From the human T2T-CHM13v2.0 reference genome, Homo sapiens, in assembly GCF_009914755.1 (NCBI RefSeq), contig NC_060942.1: a DNA stretch of 64,000 bases. One strand, written 5' to 3'. Positions 36,207 through 49,338 of this stretch are shown piece by piece (position 1 is the stretch's first letter; each line of letters opens with the position of its first letter). Made by a program: the position numbers and the translations under genes. A model generated the notes under the pieces. That model saw only the letters and a program-made list of their open reading frames with translations. It searched no databases and was not told the DNA's origin.

Positions 36207-37359
36207 AGAAAAGGCAGTTTATTAACTTCTCAACTATTCTCTAAAAATCAGAAATGTTGTATTACTCTACAGTACTAAAGGAATAGTTTAAAATGTATTC
36301 TATGTATTTATTAAACTAAAATGTTAGTATTTTCTGGAATATAATTTAATGAGTTAAAATAATAATATGCAGTTAAAACCACGCAATGCTGGCTTCAGCT
36401 ACTTTAGAAAGTATTTTTTAAGTTTGGTGTCTGGGTTTTGGTATAGAATTCTTGGATCTTTGCAATTAATTCTAGAACTTTCAAAACTCAAATAATTCTG
36501 TTATCTTTGAAAACCAGAAATTAATCTTATATATGCTCTGCAAGTCCAATACATAAGTCAAGAAAATCTGGTTTATATATAGACAGCATCACGTTTTCCA
36601 TACCCAGGAGCCAAACTCTTGCCTTGATAAAAGAAACAAATGTGGATATGTAGTTTGAAATGGACAGTTTAAAGAACAATTTGAAAGTGAGTGGAGAAGC
36701 ATTTTTCTTCATCCAAGAGATATACCAAAGCAGAAAGTCATGTTGCTCAATAAGTATATTTGTTGAATGGTTGAACATCAAGAAAAATATTTCTGTCTCA
36801 AAAGTAGGAGATTTCCCCCTTATTTGTTTTAGTTTATGTGATCCTCAAAGATGGTCTCCAGATCTTTCTGAATCCTCACTTCTCTGATGGAATTTTCATT
36901 ATTTGAAAGCACTCCAGTTAAATAAAAGATTAGTTGCCTTTGCTAAGGCATTAATTGATCATGTTGACCTTTTCTTGGGTTAGTAGTAAATTTAGATATA
37001 TTTCAAATCCTATAAAAACAGTACTATACAGCACTCTAAAAATTTTACTTCCATCTGGATATTTTGATGTAATGAGGTCAATTTTGACCAATGAAATAAA
37101 GTAACACTTGAAAGTTAGATTCAAAAAGGCAAGTTACGTATTTCTTTCTTCTTGGAGAAATAGTACATCTTACCTCATAACTTTTCAGTAAATATACCAA
37201 ATGCATTTCAGCTGCACTGAATGATATTATTGACTATTTTTGACCAGCTGATTAAACATTATCCTCAGCTCTCTACCTATTCAAATTTTAAAATTGACAG
37301 TCAGAACAGAGCCAGAGCAAAATGGCAGTAAAAATTATGACTTGGGCTGCAACATTTGT

Positions 37360-37740
37360 GACAAATAACAAAATACTCCTTCAGCAGCACTGTTTTTTCA
37401 CCACTGAAAGACACCACCTGTCATGGTCTACAATGAATACTTCAAGTGAACCTTCTGCTTACCAGCACTTTAGCTAAAATGTAGCTATCACGATGTCTAC
37501 TGAATCTGCCACTATTATCGTGTCAAATTAAGCTGCAACTACCACTTCAACTGAGCCTTCAATTTTTACAGCTACCACTATTTCAGTTGAATGTACACCA
37601 ACAACAGAAACCAGCACATCAGCTGAGACAGCACAACCTCTATCCTCCCTTCCAGTGAATCTACTAATGAAAGTGCTAACATCACCATTCTCACAGAAAT
37701 TACAATGTGGTGGCCTCCTATAAGGCAACCAAACCATTAA
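37360..37740 (+). pseudogene. DYNAP-like pseudogene B, decayed mucin-stalk remnant of exon 3
   Basis: Reads AITMSTESATIIVSN*AATTTSTEPSIFTATTISVECTPTTETSTSAET (compare DYNAP AATTSTEPIT). Downstream 37860-38110 aligns with the pseudogene A 3' region 24900-25160. Confidence 0.75.
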
Positions 37741-39112
37741 GTACTTTGATTAAGTTATCTTTGACTATTTCCATAGCTACTCGTAAGATAAATTTGAATC
37801 TACAATGCTATCACAGGTGATTTGTTTAGCTAACAGAAATACTTCAGCAGAGCCTGAAGCAATGGCCAACAATAACAATTTAGCCCATTTCCAAGCACCA
37901 GCGCCATGACATCAAATCCACCTCATTTGTCTTTTATACTTAACAGATCTCCATTTTATTAGAATTGTTATTTTATTTTGTAATAGTTTAATAATTTTTC
38001 TAAAATTTCAGATCATGTAATTTTCCTAGAAAAAAAAATCTAGGGACCACCCTCCAAGTAATTTGATAAAACCTCACAAGGAAATCTTTATTAACATGGT
38101 TGGTATTCATTACCAATGTTGTTTTTGTTTTTATAAAATTAAATGGTTCAGCAGTGGAAATGCAGTTTCTTACTGTTCAGAATATTTCATTTAGTATGAC
38201 AATTCTCTATGTATTGAATCACTATACCATGTATGTTTTAAGTACCACATTTTGTTTCCTTATGTGTAAAATTATCTTGTTTATATAAGTTTTCTTCAGA
38301 TTATTTTGCTGTTTAGCACCACAGTTGTTAGAATTAATTATTTGCTATTCTTTATGTAACCTTATAGTCACTTAGTTAAATGTCAGACATTTACTATATG
38401 TCTATCTCCCAAAATACTGAAGGAGATGCAGAAGAAATAACGATGCAAGATAATCACTAAAATAATTAACATGAACACGCTTTGTTTACATTTTCTGGAT
38501 ATCAAGGTTTTAATTGATTTTGATATTGCTTGGGTCTTCCCCAGGCCTACTGTACTATAACCAGCAGGAGTGCGGCAGGAATGTATGTTTATAAACACCT
38601 TCACAGCTGATTCTAATGCATAGGCAGGTTTAACAGTCATGGTCCAATCAGTAAACCAACGAAAGCATTCTGACATGCTATATCTTACTGGTGGGTTTGG
38701 TGAAGTTGATACAAACTATACAATCTTATTTTAAATCATGAAAAGAAAAAATCAATTTTTTAAGATAAGAGAAACATGAAACAATTAATACTAATCTTAA
38801 TCCAATCTATGAAGAAAGAATTATATATAAATACTGTCAGGTATATAATCACATGGGAAAAAATGTTTCACTTAGATAAAGGAAAAACTTATTTTCAAGC
38901 AAAAATTGAAAAAATATATTTCAGTATCTATTAAGCTAATAAGAATTAATTTTTAACAGTTCTTCCACTTAGCTCCACAAGAATATTTTTTAAAAAGTTC
39001 TGCCAGCAATTTTAATAAAAGATTAAAGTTGTACTGAAATCTTTTAACTTATATTTTATTAGTATAAATTGCTGTTTCTTTCTTACTAATACAAATGCAA
39101 TTGAAATGATCC

Positions 39113-39403
39113 GGCCGGGCGCGATGGCTCACGCCTGTAATCCCAGCACTTTGGTAAGCCGAGGCGGGAGGATCACGAGGTCAAGAGATCCAGACCATCC
39201 TGGCTAACACAGTGAAACCCCGTCTCTACTAAAAATACAAAAAATTAGCCAAGCGTGGTGGCGGGTGCCTGTAGTCCCAGCTATTCAGGAGGCTGAGGCA
39301 GGAGAATGGTGTGAACCCGGGAGGTGGAGGTTGTAGTGAGCGGAGATCGCATCACTGCATTCCAGCCTGGGCAACAGAGTGAGACTCCATCTCAAAAAAA
39401 AAA
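39113..39403 (+). mobile_element. Alu (AluY/Sc8-like)
   Basis: ggccgggcgcgatggctcacgcc..., CpG-rich; TSD gaaatgatcc. Confidence 0.94.
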
Positions 39404-42400
39404 GAAATGATCCAAGTCTTTTCCATCTGTAGTGTTATTGTATACAGACATTTGTGACTGTATTTTTCTATTTAAAAAGAAATATGTTTTCTAATTTGTA
39501 ATTTCTGTTATAAGTCAGAAATAAAAATATTCTGGAAACAAATTCAATTTTAGATTTTATAACAATAGTAACTTTCCCCCAGACTTACACTTAGTCAGTG
39601 GTCAATATGTATTTGTTTAATAAATGGTTGAGTGAATATTTCAGACCCTGGCACATCCAATCAATAAAATAATTAGCCAATCAGTCTATTAATCATCTAC
39701 TCTTTATTCAAAAAAAGGCTTTGAGCCTCTACCGTATACTAACCCGTCTACTTGGCACATGTTCTGTTCTTCAAAAATGCTGTTGTCCCTCTCCTTCCTC
39801 TCTTAGAATTCCATCTGTACTCCAGGACTCGGATCAATCCTGCCTCCTCCAAGCACTGCTTGTCTCTCTTTTGAGCTATTTCTTCTTTGACCTCATATAT
39901 CTTTTATTTTCCACCACATTCATTTTACTCTTAAGCTACCCTAGCTTTCATTATTCATGTTTTCCAGAGTCTTATCTTCCTACTGACATAATCATTGTTT
40001 TGGCAGTGACCTATATATTTTTTAACGTTTTTACAAAAATTTCCAATTCACAAACAAGTACTTATTATCCAGCTTCAACAACCATCAACGCTTTTTAATA
40101 CACGTTTCATTGATCATCCTATACCAAGTCAGATAACAGATATACAGTCTTCATCTTTGAGGGTCAATTTTTTGGAATCACTCTTTTTTTTCTGGGCACA
40201 CCTTAGGAAAACAGAAACCGGTTTAGGTAATGTAAGCAGAAAGGAATATAGTTATCAGATGCTGAATATAGCATCAGGAGTAAAATAAGGAAGACTATCT
40301 GTAGGTTTTCTCTGACCTGCTGGGTGGTCAGAGGGCTGCAGAAAACTCCTGCCAAGCCACATTTTCCTGCAGCTCCCAAACCAGAGACTGAAGGGTAGAG
40401 TGCAGCCTGTCACCATAAAAGCTACGTATTTATTATCTGTTGAAGCTTGTGTATGTCAGGAGCCCCCACTGCTGGGGTAAGAAGGGCTGGCATTTCCCTT
40501 TGAGTTTATAAATCTCATGGGAATACATCTCATTGGCAGAGCCTAGGTGTTCTGGGAACGTAGTTCCAGAATTTTAGCCCTTGGTGTAACAGGAGTACAG
40601 AGAAGGAACTAAGAATGAATGTTAACTGCCAATCCAAATGTCTACCTCATCTTCTAGAGGAAGAAAATCACTTACATCTTCATAGTTTACTGAGCAAAAG
40701 CCCATACATTACAATTATTGACAGAGTTATGATAACATGCTTAAACTCAATAATAACAAATAAAATAACAATAAAATTATACACTCTTTACCTACTTAAT
40801 TAGTACTATATTTAAATATTATCTTACTCAGCACTGCTAATCATGTGTTTGAACATGTGCTGTCAATATTTTTAGCAAATCACAAATTTTTCAGCAGTTT
40901 GGAAATCAGTTTGTATTAAGGGTGATAAAATACCTTTTGACTGTGTAATCCCACCTTCTGAGAACCGATCACCTGAAAATAGCTTGGAATACAGATAATA
41001 ATACCTTCCAGTATTTACATACAAGGCAGAAAAAAGAGTAAACAAAAATTACCATGACAAACATCTGTTGTGCAACTCAAAAACAAAAGAAAGACTAACA
41101 ACTCCAAATTACGTATAAGTAGGGTGAAAGAAAAAGTGAAAAAAAACAGAATATTTTACACCATACACATGAGCAAGGTTAAAAATTTGACAATACTAAG
41201 TATTTATGAAAAATGGGAATATTTTTATGGGAGTGAATATTCATACAACTTTGGAAACAATATTGGAAATATATGGTAAAGTTAACAAAATACACACCTG
41301 ATGATACAGAAATTTCACTTTTAATTATACATTTAGAAATATTTATTAAATATTTAAAACAAATATTTATTTAATATTTAATATTTATATTAATTAATAA
41401 TTAATATAAATATTTAATAAATATGCCTAAGAATGCATATTCAAGACATATTTTAGAGTATTCATAGCCTCATTGTTCATTATGCTAATAAAAGGGAACC
41501 CAACTCAACTTCCATTATTAGGACAATAGGTTAATAATTGAATGAAATACTATAAAACGTGAAAATGAATAAAATAGAGTTACAAGTGTCCATGTAATTG
41601 AGTTGTATAAATATAATCTGGGCAACTCCACACCTGCATTGTGAAAAAATACAGTATAATAGGATTCATAGAAATTTTAAACCATGTAAACTATACTATA
41701 TATTTTTGGAATATATTAAAACATTAAAACATCCATGGGAAATATAAACACCAATTAAGGAGAGTTGTGATACCTGGTAGGAAGAGAGAGAAGGGCAGGA
41801 GGGAACTGTGCTCAGGCCCAGGGACAGAGTAGCTCTCATTGCATGTAAAACAATGTTATCACTTAAACTGGGCAATAGGAATGTGGCTATTTAGCCATGG
41901 GAATGTGGCTATTTATACCTTTTTGTGTAGTTGCAATATTTCTTAATGCATTTTTTAAAAATGGTGTGGCTGGGGCATGGTATGTGATGTGTAAAATAGT
42001 GCAGGATGGGGATTCAGAGGCAGGCAGAAAGTTCAGAGACATGTGGGCCGTGAGAAGACTTTGACTTGGGGCAATGGATGCTATTTAGGGGTTTTGAGCA
42101 GGATGGTGATATAAACAGGCTAACATTTTGGAAACAGTATTCTGGCTACCTTGAGAGGAATGAATCAAAGAGGGGCAAACATGAAACTGGGAGGACCATC
42201 ATATGTGGTCCTCCTCAGGTGTGAGGGTGCAATCCTTATTTCTATTTCAACATCCAATGCCCAACAAGGGACATAAAGGGCAGTTAACAGTGTGACTAGA
42301 TTGTATTAAAATCTAAATTAATTTAGGGATATTTATAATATTTTCTTTTTTTTTTAACTAACACTGAGGCCATAAAACTAGTTATTCTACATCTAATTTT

Positions 42401-44955
42401 CATGTATTTTCTTGCTCCAAAGACTATTGTATTGTTCATTTTTCAATTCATATTTTAAAATTCACATCCTGACATTTCTTTCCTCTTTGCCTATGTAATC
42501 TAGTTAATACCGATTTTCATTCTAGCTTTTACTCTACCTCCAGACCACTCTTCCTACTTTCCCCCAGTGCCTTGCCTCTTTCTACCACTTCATGGTGGTC
42601 TTTGCTTCTCTCTTCTACAATTTCTCCTTCCTTCTCTCTGTCCATCCATGTGCACTGAGGACCTTTAAGATTTGGATGTGAACTTGCCTCTTCCAAACTG
42701 TCACCAGCTTCATCCCTCAAAGATCACTTCCTTTGCTTTCCTAATATTTTGAACACTGTCCCAGTGGTTAATTCTCACTTCCTCTCACTATCCTGCCTAC
42801 CTGCTGCTCCTCACCAGCTCCTCTGAGCTGAATTCATCACAGCCTTCTTCAGTCCTGCCTTAGTTCCCATCATTGTTCCATATCCAAACCTGACTCAGGT
42901 ACGAGTTCTATGAGCTGCTCCAGCTTCGTGAGCTCTCGTCTTTTACCACCCCATTCTCCATCCACAGTGAGGTGGATGAAAGGAGCCAAGTCCTAACTTT
43001 GAACTCTGAGACTGCTTGGTTTGCACTGCCCACTGTACACCGAGCCTGGCTACTGCAGCCCTGAACAGGGCTATGATGTTCCACTGCTGAGCCCTTGCAC
43101 CCCACTCCGTTCCTAGGTTGAGTTGACCCCAATCTCGGGTCCAGATCTGATAACCTAGTTATGGTTCTGGACCTTATGAATCCCAGTTTCTCTATTTGCC
43201 CCATCTTTTAAACCTGACATTTTCTGAGAGTTTCATTCTGAGCTCTGATTCTAATAAGCAGTCTATCTGCCACAATTTTTTCATGAGGCCTGGATCCCTG
43301 CCTTAATCTTTTTGTGTTCATCCCTGAAAACTGTAGTCCCACTGATGGATAAACCTCAGCTCCAAAAGCTGGGGCCTTGATGTTCACAAAAATAAGGCCC
43401 ACACAGCTGATTGCCGATCCTCATACTCTGTGAACGTCCTAACATTTGTCTCATGCTTGGACAGAACTTGGAGGGTCAGCAAGGATGATGAGACATGTCT
43501 CCACCCTGGGAGTTGCTAAATTCTGTGTTATTTAGAAACCTGAATTCCAGCCATCTCTGTTTTCATGGGCTGGTCTAATTCCAGGTGGCAGCACCACCCT
43601 GGCCATGCTTCCAGTAAATATCCATACCTCCCTGATGAATCTTGATACATGTCATCAGAATCTCTAAAGGTGCCAAAGTTGTATGATCTTGACAGTGAAT
43701 TCAAGCTCTGAGTTGTCTTTCCCTTTTCCCCCCATCCTTCTTAGGGCTCAGTGTGGTACACACTAGACACTAATAAATGGCCACAGACAAGAAACGAATG
43801 GTTATCTTGAGAGCCACACACTCTAATCTTGAGTTTGTAAAAGGTCACTGAAAGCATACATGTGTCATCAGAAAAGTGGGGATACTACTACTTAATTCTT
43901 GTAGGTATTACAAAGATTAGCTTTGAGCAGTGTGGTACACCAATTGGAAGGGACATAAACGTTTCTATAATGTCAGTAATACTATGGTAAAATCAAATCT
44001 ATGTCAGAGATTGCCTAAGGGTAGCACCTTTTCCTGTGATCCAGCAATTAAAGCTATTCTTTTCTTCTTTTTTCAAATATACTTTATTTTTTAGAGTAGT
44101 TTTAGATTCACATCAAAATTGAGTAAAAGGTACAGAGAGGAAAAATATGTTTTGATGGTCCCTGCCACATGCATAGCCTCCCCCATCATCAACATTTCCC
44201 ATCAGAATGGTATATTTTTTCACAATTGATGAAGCTATATTTTCTTCTCATTCACAGTTTTAAAATGGCAGTCATGAGAGTCAGTTTACTATTTCAAGTC
44301 TTTTATGAAATAGTTTTCCAGCACGATGAGAATAAGGAGGGACGTAACTGTCTTTAAAAAATTGTAAAATTTTACACAAATGAGTGTGATAGCGCACAAC
44401 TGGAGTTCCTGCTACTTGGGATGCGGAGGTGGGAGGGTTGCTTGAGCCCAGGAGTTCATGTCCAGCCTGGGCAACACAGCGAGGTCCTGGCTATAAAAAA
44501 AATGTAAAGTTTCTACAAACCCATCATACCTCATGTGAAAAGCTTGAGTTAAATATGTTTCATAATTCAAATTTTTTTAAATTTTATGAAATATGGTACA
44601 TATATTGCATATTACACAACACGTGTTAGTAGCCTGAAACACACATTAATATTTTTTGTAATTGAACATATAAATAACCATGCTAAGATTATTAAAGACC
44701 CAAAATGTTCTTGTTTATATTAATTTTTACTGCCAAATAAATTTATGCCAAACATACAAATTAATTTTCAGTTTGCAAAGCCTTTTGGATTTCTGAAATT
44801 GTGTATCAGGGATTGTATATCCATATTCTGAAGAAAAAATAGTTTATTTTGGGTCTCTCCATATAGGAGGATCAGGGTGTAAGTCAGCCAGAGAGACAAG
44901 GAAAATTTTGGATCTATAGGAGAAAGAACTTTCAAACAGCAAAAGTCACCCAAAA

Positions 44956-44974
44956 ATGGAATACCAACTTCTAG
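44956..44974 (+). CDS. DYNAP: Candidate alternative upstream coding exon of DYNAP (MEYQLL, phase 1)
   Basis: aaaATGGaataccaacttctag|GTAAGT has a good Kozak context and a consensus donor. Splicing to ttgcag|at at 48323 restores GAT (Asp) in the DYNAP frame. Confidence 0.5.
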
Positions 44975-45314
44975 GTAAGTCATGAATTCCTAGTCGCTGT
45001 GCTCAAACACAGGTGAATTATACAGTTGCCTTTTATTCTGTAGAAGTTGTTATATATTTATCATTTATATTTATCATTATGGTCCTTTCTCTAATTCCAA
45101 CATACAAAAAGCTAAAAGAGAACATTCTCTTTGATTGAACAAAAATAGTAACACTTCAAACAAATTTGAAAGTTAAAATCAAAAGTCAAGCTTTCGATAA
45201 AGAAAGAATAGACTGTAAGCAGAGGTCTTGTCTGTCTTGGTTGCTACTAATTTGATATCCAGTTTTCAGACATGCCTGTGATACATTAGGCACTCAATAA
45301 ACAGTTGGGAATAA

Positions 45315-45612
45315 TTTTTTTTTTTTTTTTTTGAGACGGAGTCTTGCTCTGTCACCCAAGCTGGAGTGTGATAGCAGATCTCGGCTCACTGCAACCTCTG
45401 CCTCCTGGGTTCAAGCAATTCTTCTGCCCCAGCCTCCTGAGTAGCTGAGATTACAGGCATCCGTCATCATGCCCGGCTAATTTTTGTATTTTTTTAGAGA
45501 CAGGGTTTCATTATGTTGGCCAGGCTGATCTTGAACTCCTGACCTCAGGTGATTTGCCCACCTCAGCCTCCCAAAGTGCTGGGATTACAGGTGTGAGCCA
45601 CCGCGCCCGGCC
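45315..45612 (-). mobile_element. AluSx-like element
   Basis: Full antisense dimer; TSD cagttgggaataa. Confidence 0.94.
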
Positions 45613-47095
45613 TCCAGTTGGGAATAAATTAATGGAAGACTGTGCTTTGTCAGTATAACCATATTTAAAATTTATAAGTAAACTTTACATTTGGAATTGG
45701 AAAATTCAGTGATGTAAATCAAAACATGTTTTCCTCCTGAAGTTTCTATTTTGAATAGGACTAATTTTTCTAATCCAATTTTATTGCTTAAATACTGTTT
45801 CATTACTTTTGATTCAGTAAAGGAATACTTGGTATAAGTATTGGCTCAGCTTTGTAAAAAATACAATAAAGAACATGCTAATTGTGTTGTGAAAAAAATA
45901 TATGAATTTACAGAATGTTTCAGTTTTTATTCTTACTTTTAATGATTGGTTCAAATTTCTTTGGTAATTTTGACAGGGCAGTTTGGAAATGTATTGTTCA
46001 GTTTCTATTTTTTTCACAAGGATCTTTCATGCTTTTTGGGTTGCATGTCAGCATTTTACTTAGGCTTTGAAATTCTGTGTCTGAAAAAAGATGAAATATA
46101 ATAATCCCTTTCCCTAAAATGTCTAAGATCACATGGCCGAAGCTGTCATGTTGGCTCTCAGTTTATCAGTAGACCAAAGAAATAATAATCAGAGCATATC
46201 AAAATTTCAGGTAAGAAAATTTTTGAGTAAGATGATTTTAAAAAATCAACTTTGACCTAGGCTTTGAGACAACAGCCAATTCACTTCTTTATTGGATGAC
46301 TGAAAAACAGCCTCCTCCCCTTGCCGCCTTAGAGTGGAAAAAATGGCCAGCTATCAGAGTTCTCTCAAACACATGTCAGCCAACAAGACTTTCAGATTTC
46401 TTTTTGGTTATAAATCCTGCTCAGAACAAAGATCCTTTATTGGCGACTCTGAGAAGGTAATGAGAGGTATCCATGCTGTCTGTCATGCTAACAATCCAGG
46501 TGTGCTCTGCTTTTTCTGTTAAGGTTTAGATTGAGGCATTCAAAGAATTGTTCATAATACATGGTGAAGAAATATTCTTTGCAAAATAAAAATCTGACTT
46601 TCACATGGTATATTTAGCTATAGAACAATGTGTTGTCTCATTTTTATGTTACTATTCCTTTTGATTTTAAATTTTAAAATTTTCTCCCAAATTTTGTGGC
46701 TGAGTCATGTAACTGCTTGGCCGGTTAGAGATGGTGAGGGTGAGACTCCAGTGACAAGAATAATCTTCCACTCTTTATGCCATTGATGTAATGTGTGGAT
46801 GCCATCAATAGTAATGGAGTTTCACTTCCACTGTGGCTATGTGGCTCTACTGCCAAATGAAATGTTTTTGCAGAATAAAATTGTAGTAATATTTTAAAAA
46901 TATACAATTAATATATATTATTGGTTTAATTATATTCTTCTGATTTTCAAATGAATCAAAAAATCAATCAAAAAGTCTTTCAAAAGTCATTTTTAATATT
47001 ATTGACACCTTCAACCCATGTTGGTCCCTTGTACCCCATGGCTGTTTGCTTTGCTTCAAGAAGAGTAAATCTTTATGTTTTTCTTTGTGTTTCAC

Positions 47096-47440
47096 TTTTT
47101 AAATTGTGGTAAAATACATATAACACAAAGTTCATTATCTTAATCATTTTAAGTATACAGTTAAGAGTATTAAATACATTCACAATATTCTGCAACCATC
47201 ACTGCCACCCATTTCCAGATCTCTTTTTATCATCCCAAACTGAAATTGTGTATTCATTAAACAATAACTCCCCATTTCCGCCTCCTCCCAGCCCCTGGCA
47301 ACCAACATTCTACTTTCTGTCTCTATGATTTTGACTATTCTAGGTATGTTATATAAGTGAAATTTACAGTATTTGTCTTTTTTGTGATGACTTATTTCAA
47401 TTAGCACAATGTCCTCAAGGTTCATCTGTGTTGTAGCAAA
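47096..47440 (-). mobile_element. L1MB-like 3' fragment
   Basis: ttttaaattgtggtaaaatacatataac...cccagcccctggcaaccaacattctactttctgtctctatg. Confidence 0.8.
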
Positions 47441-47887
47441 TCATCGTATTTTAAACTCCTCTTTAGAACAATTTTTTTTCCCAGTTTTTCAATTCCTTGA
47501 CAGCTTTCCATGTTCTTTATATTCTACAGCTTGAGGGTAAAACTTACAAGCTGAAGGTATTGAATACATTTATAAGAGAAATTTCAAAGATTAAACTTTA
47601 AAAATATTCAGAATCCAAAAGTGTCATATACAAAGAGAATAGGAATTTTTTTTTATTATGGAACTTTCTGCACTACAAACATACCTGGCACACTTTTGAA
47701 ACAGTATTCTCACTTGTTGAGTGAATAAACCAATACAAGAATTGATCATTTTACAATTTAAGACAAACTAGATTTTTTGACCAAAATAAAAAAACCCTCT
47801 TCTTAAAGATTTTCAATATTCCATCACTCCTTTGACATTATTGCCTAGGAAATTGATTCTAATAGTTTTTAATGAGTGTGAATTGCT

Positions 47888-47934
47888 TGAGCAACTGACC
47901 AAAGAGACTTCCAGACACCAACCCAGGGACTGAA
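47888..47934 (+). repeat. Left arm of 47-bp inverted repeat
   Basis: tgagcaactgaccaaagagacttccagacaccaacccagggactgaa; 43/47 match to the reverse complement of 49292-49338. Confidence 0.9.
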
Positions 47935-48312
47935 AAGGTGAAGTGTCCCTAAGGTCATGGGTACCTAAGAGGTGGTGCCAACAAGGGGAGAGAGGCTTTT
48001 GTGCTTGAGTAGAAAGCAAGCAATGATACATTTCTATCTCAGAACGTTTTTCTGGGGTCGGTCCTAAAATAAAAGGTGAGTTCCTGAATGATGGGACTAA
48101 AGAGGAGAGACGGAACAATAATGTAAGGTTTTCAGAGGGAGTAGTCACAAAAGCTTTCAGAGGAAGTACTGGTTTTCTTGCGTCTTTCTGCAGTTAACAT
48201 TTCATTTCCTCCTCTAAGGTGGATCCTGTTTTAGTGAATAATTAGTATTTAGTTTAATCCACACTTGTACTGATGCATCATAGTTGACTTCCACCAGTGT
48301 TTTAATTGTTTC

Positions 48313-48447
48313 ATGGTTGCAGATATAAAGGGCAATGAACAAATTGAAAAATATTCTTGGAGAGAAGCTTGTGATACTGGCAGCTCAAGAATGGACAGAA
48401 AGCATGGAAAATACATATTGAACGTTGAGCACTCTGAAAACCAGCCG
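48313..48447 (+). CDS. DYNAP: Dynactin-associated protein, coding exon 1 (second ATG at 48391 is probably the ancestral start)
   Basis: Translates MVADIKGNEQIEKYSWREACDTGSSRMDRKHGKYILNVEHSENQP; donor ccg|gtgagt, phase 0. Confidence 0.92.
48324..48329 (+). promoter_or_regulatory. TATA box of the DYNAP proximal promoter
   Basis: TATAAAG lies 67 nt upstream of ATG 48391 and is conserved in paralog B (35601, 71 nt upstream of its ATG). Confidence 0.65.
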
Positions 48448-49291
48448 GTGAGTGTCCTTGCTCCATTTTGATAGTTTGCCTATATTACAGTTTCATTTTC
48501 AGCATTTAAAAGCAGTTTAATCTCTTTATTACTATCTAGCCAACATCATAATTTTGCATTCTTCTCCAAAATAAAGAGCAACCCTGTATCAATTTTTGTG
48601 CTGTAACTTTCATGTTTTATTTTGCTATGTTATATATTTAGGTATTAATTTAAATATATATAGCTATAAAGTATTAGAAATGTTTCTATGGCCATAGGAT
48701 ATACAAATAGATCCATTTAACTTTCTATATTCACCTTCATGTAAACATAAACTCCAATGATGTCAGTGTTTATTTATTAAGTTCTGTTTTTACAATTGGA
48801 TGCTTAGAATTTTTAGACCTGTCAGAACTCAGATTTCTTAATATGCTGAAAAACCAGATATTAATTCTAGATATTAATATTCCTAAGAAAGAAAACTTCC
48901 AAAAATACCTGCTCTGTGTCAAAATATGACTATTTTGTCTGCTTTTTAAAAAATATTTTTATACCAAAAACCAAGCCTTCAGTGTATAGTTATCATAATC
49001 ATATATCTGTATCATATACAGATTTTATGTATCTATTTATATCCAACCAAATAATCTTTGACTTCAGAAAAGGAAGGACATGTAATGAGAATTAAAATAG
49101 TGAGTTAAAATTCACTGCCAGCAGAATGAATGAAACATGTGTGAAGAAATAGCTTGCTTTTGTCATATGGAGCTGTGGTAATCAGCCTGTGTAACTCATG
49201 AGATAAACCAAAGAAGAAAGTCCTGTTTCTCAGTAAGTGTTAATACAAGAATCCTATAGAGGATTTCTGGTTCACCAAAAGAACCAAGATC

Positions 49292-49338
49292 TTCACTCCC
49301 TGGGCTGGTGTCTGGAAGTCTGCTTGGTCAGTTGCTCA
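49292..49338 (-). repeat. Right arm of 47-bp inverted repeat
   Basis: ttcactccctgggctggtgtctggaagtctgcttggtcagttgctca. Confidence 0.9.

Noticed and set aside
41335-41425. Very AT-rich quasi-palindromic stretch
   Set aside because: Low-complexity expansion inside an old L1 fragment.
43579-43596. CTCF-like motif ttccaggtggcagcac (also ~59743)
   Set aside because: Partial motif match only; not supportable without binding data.
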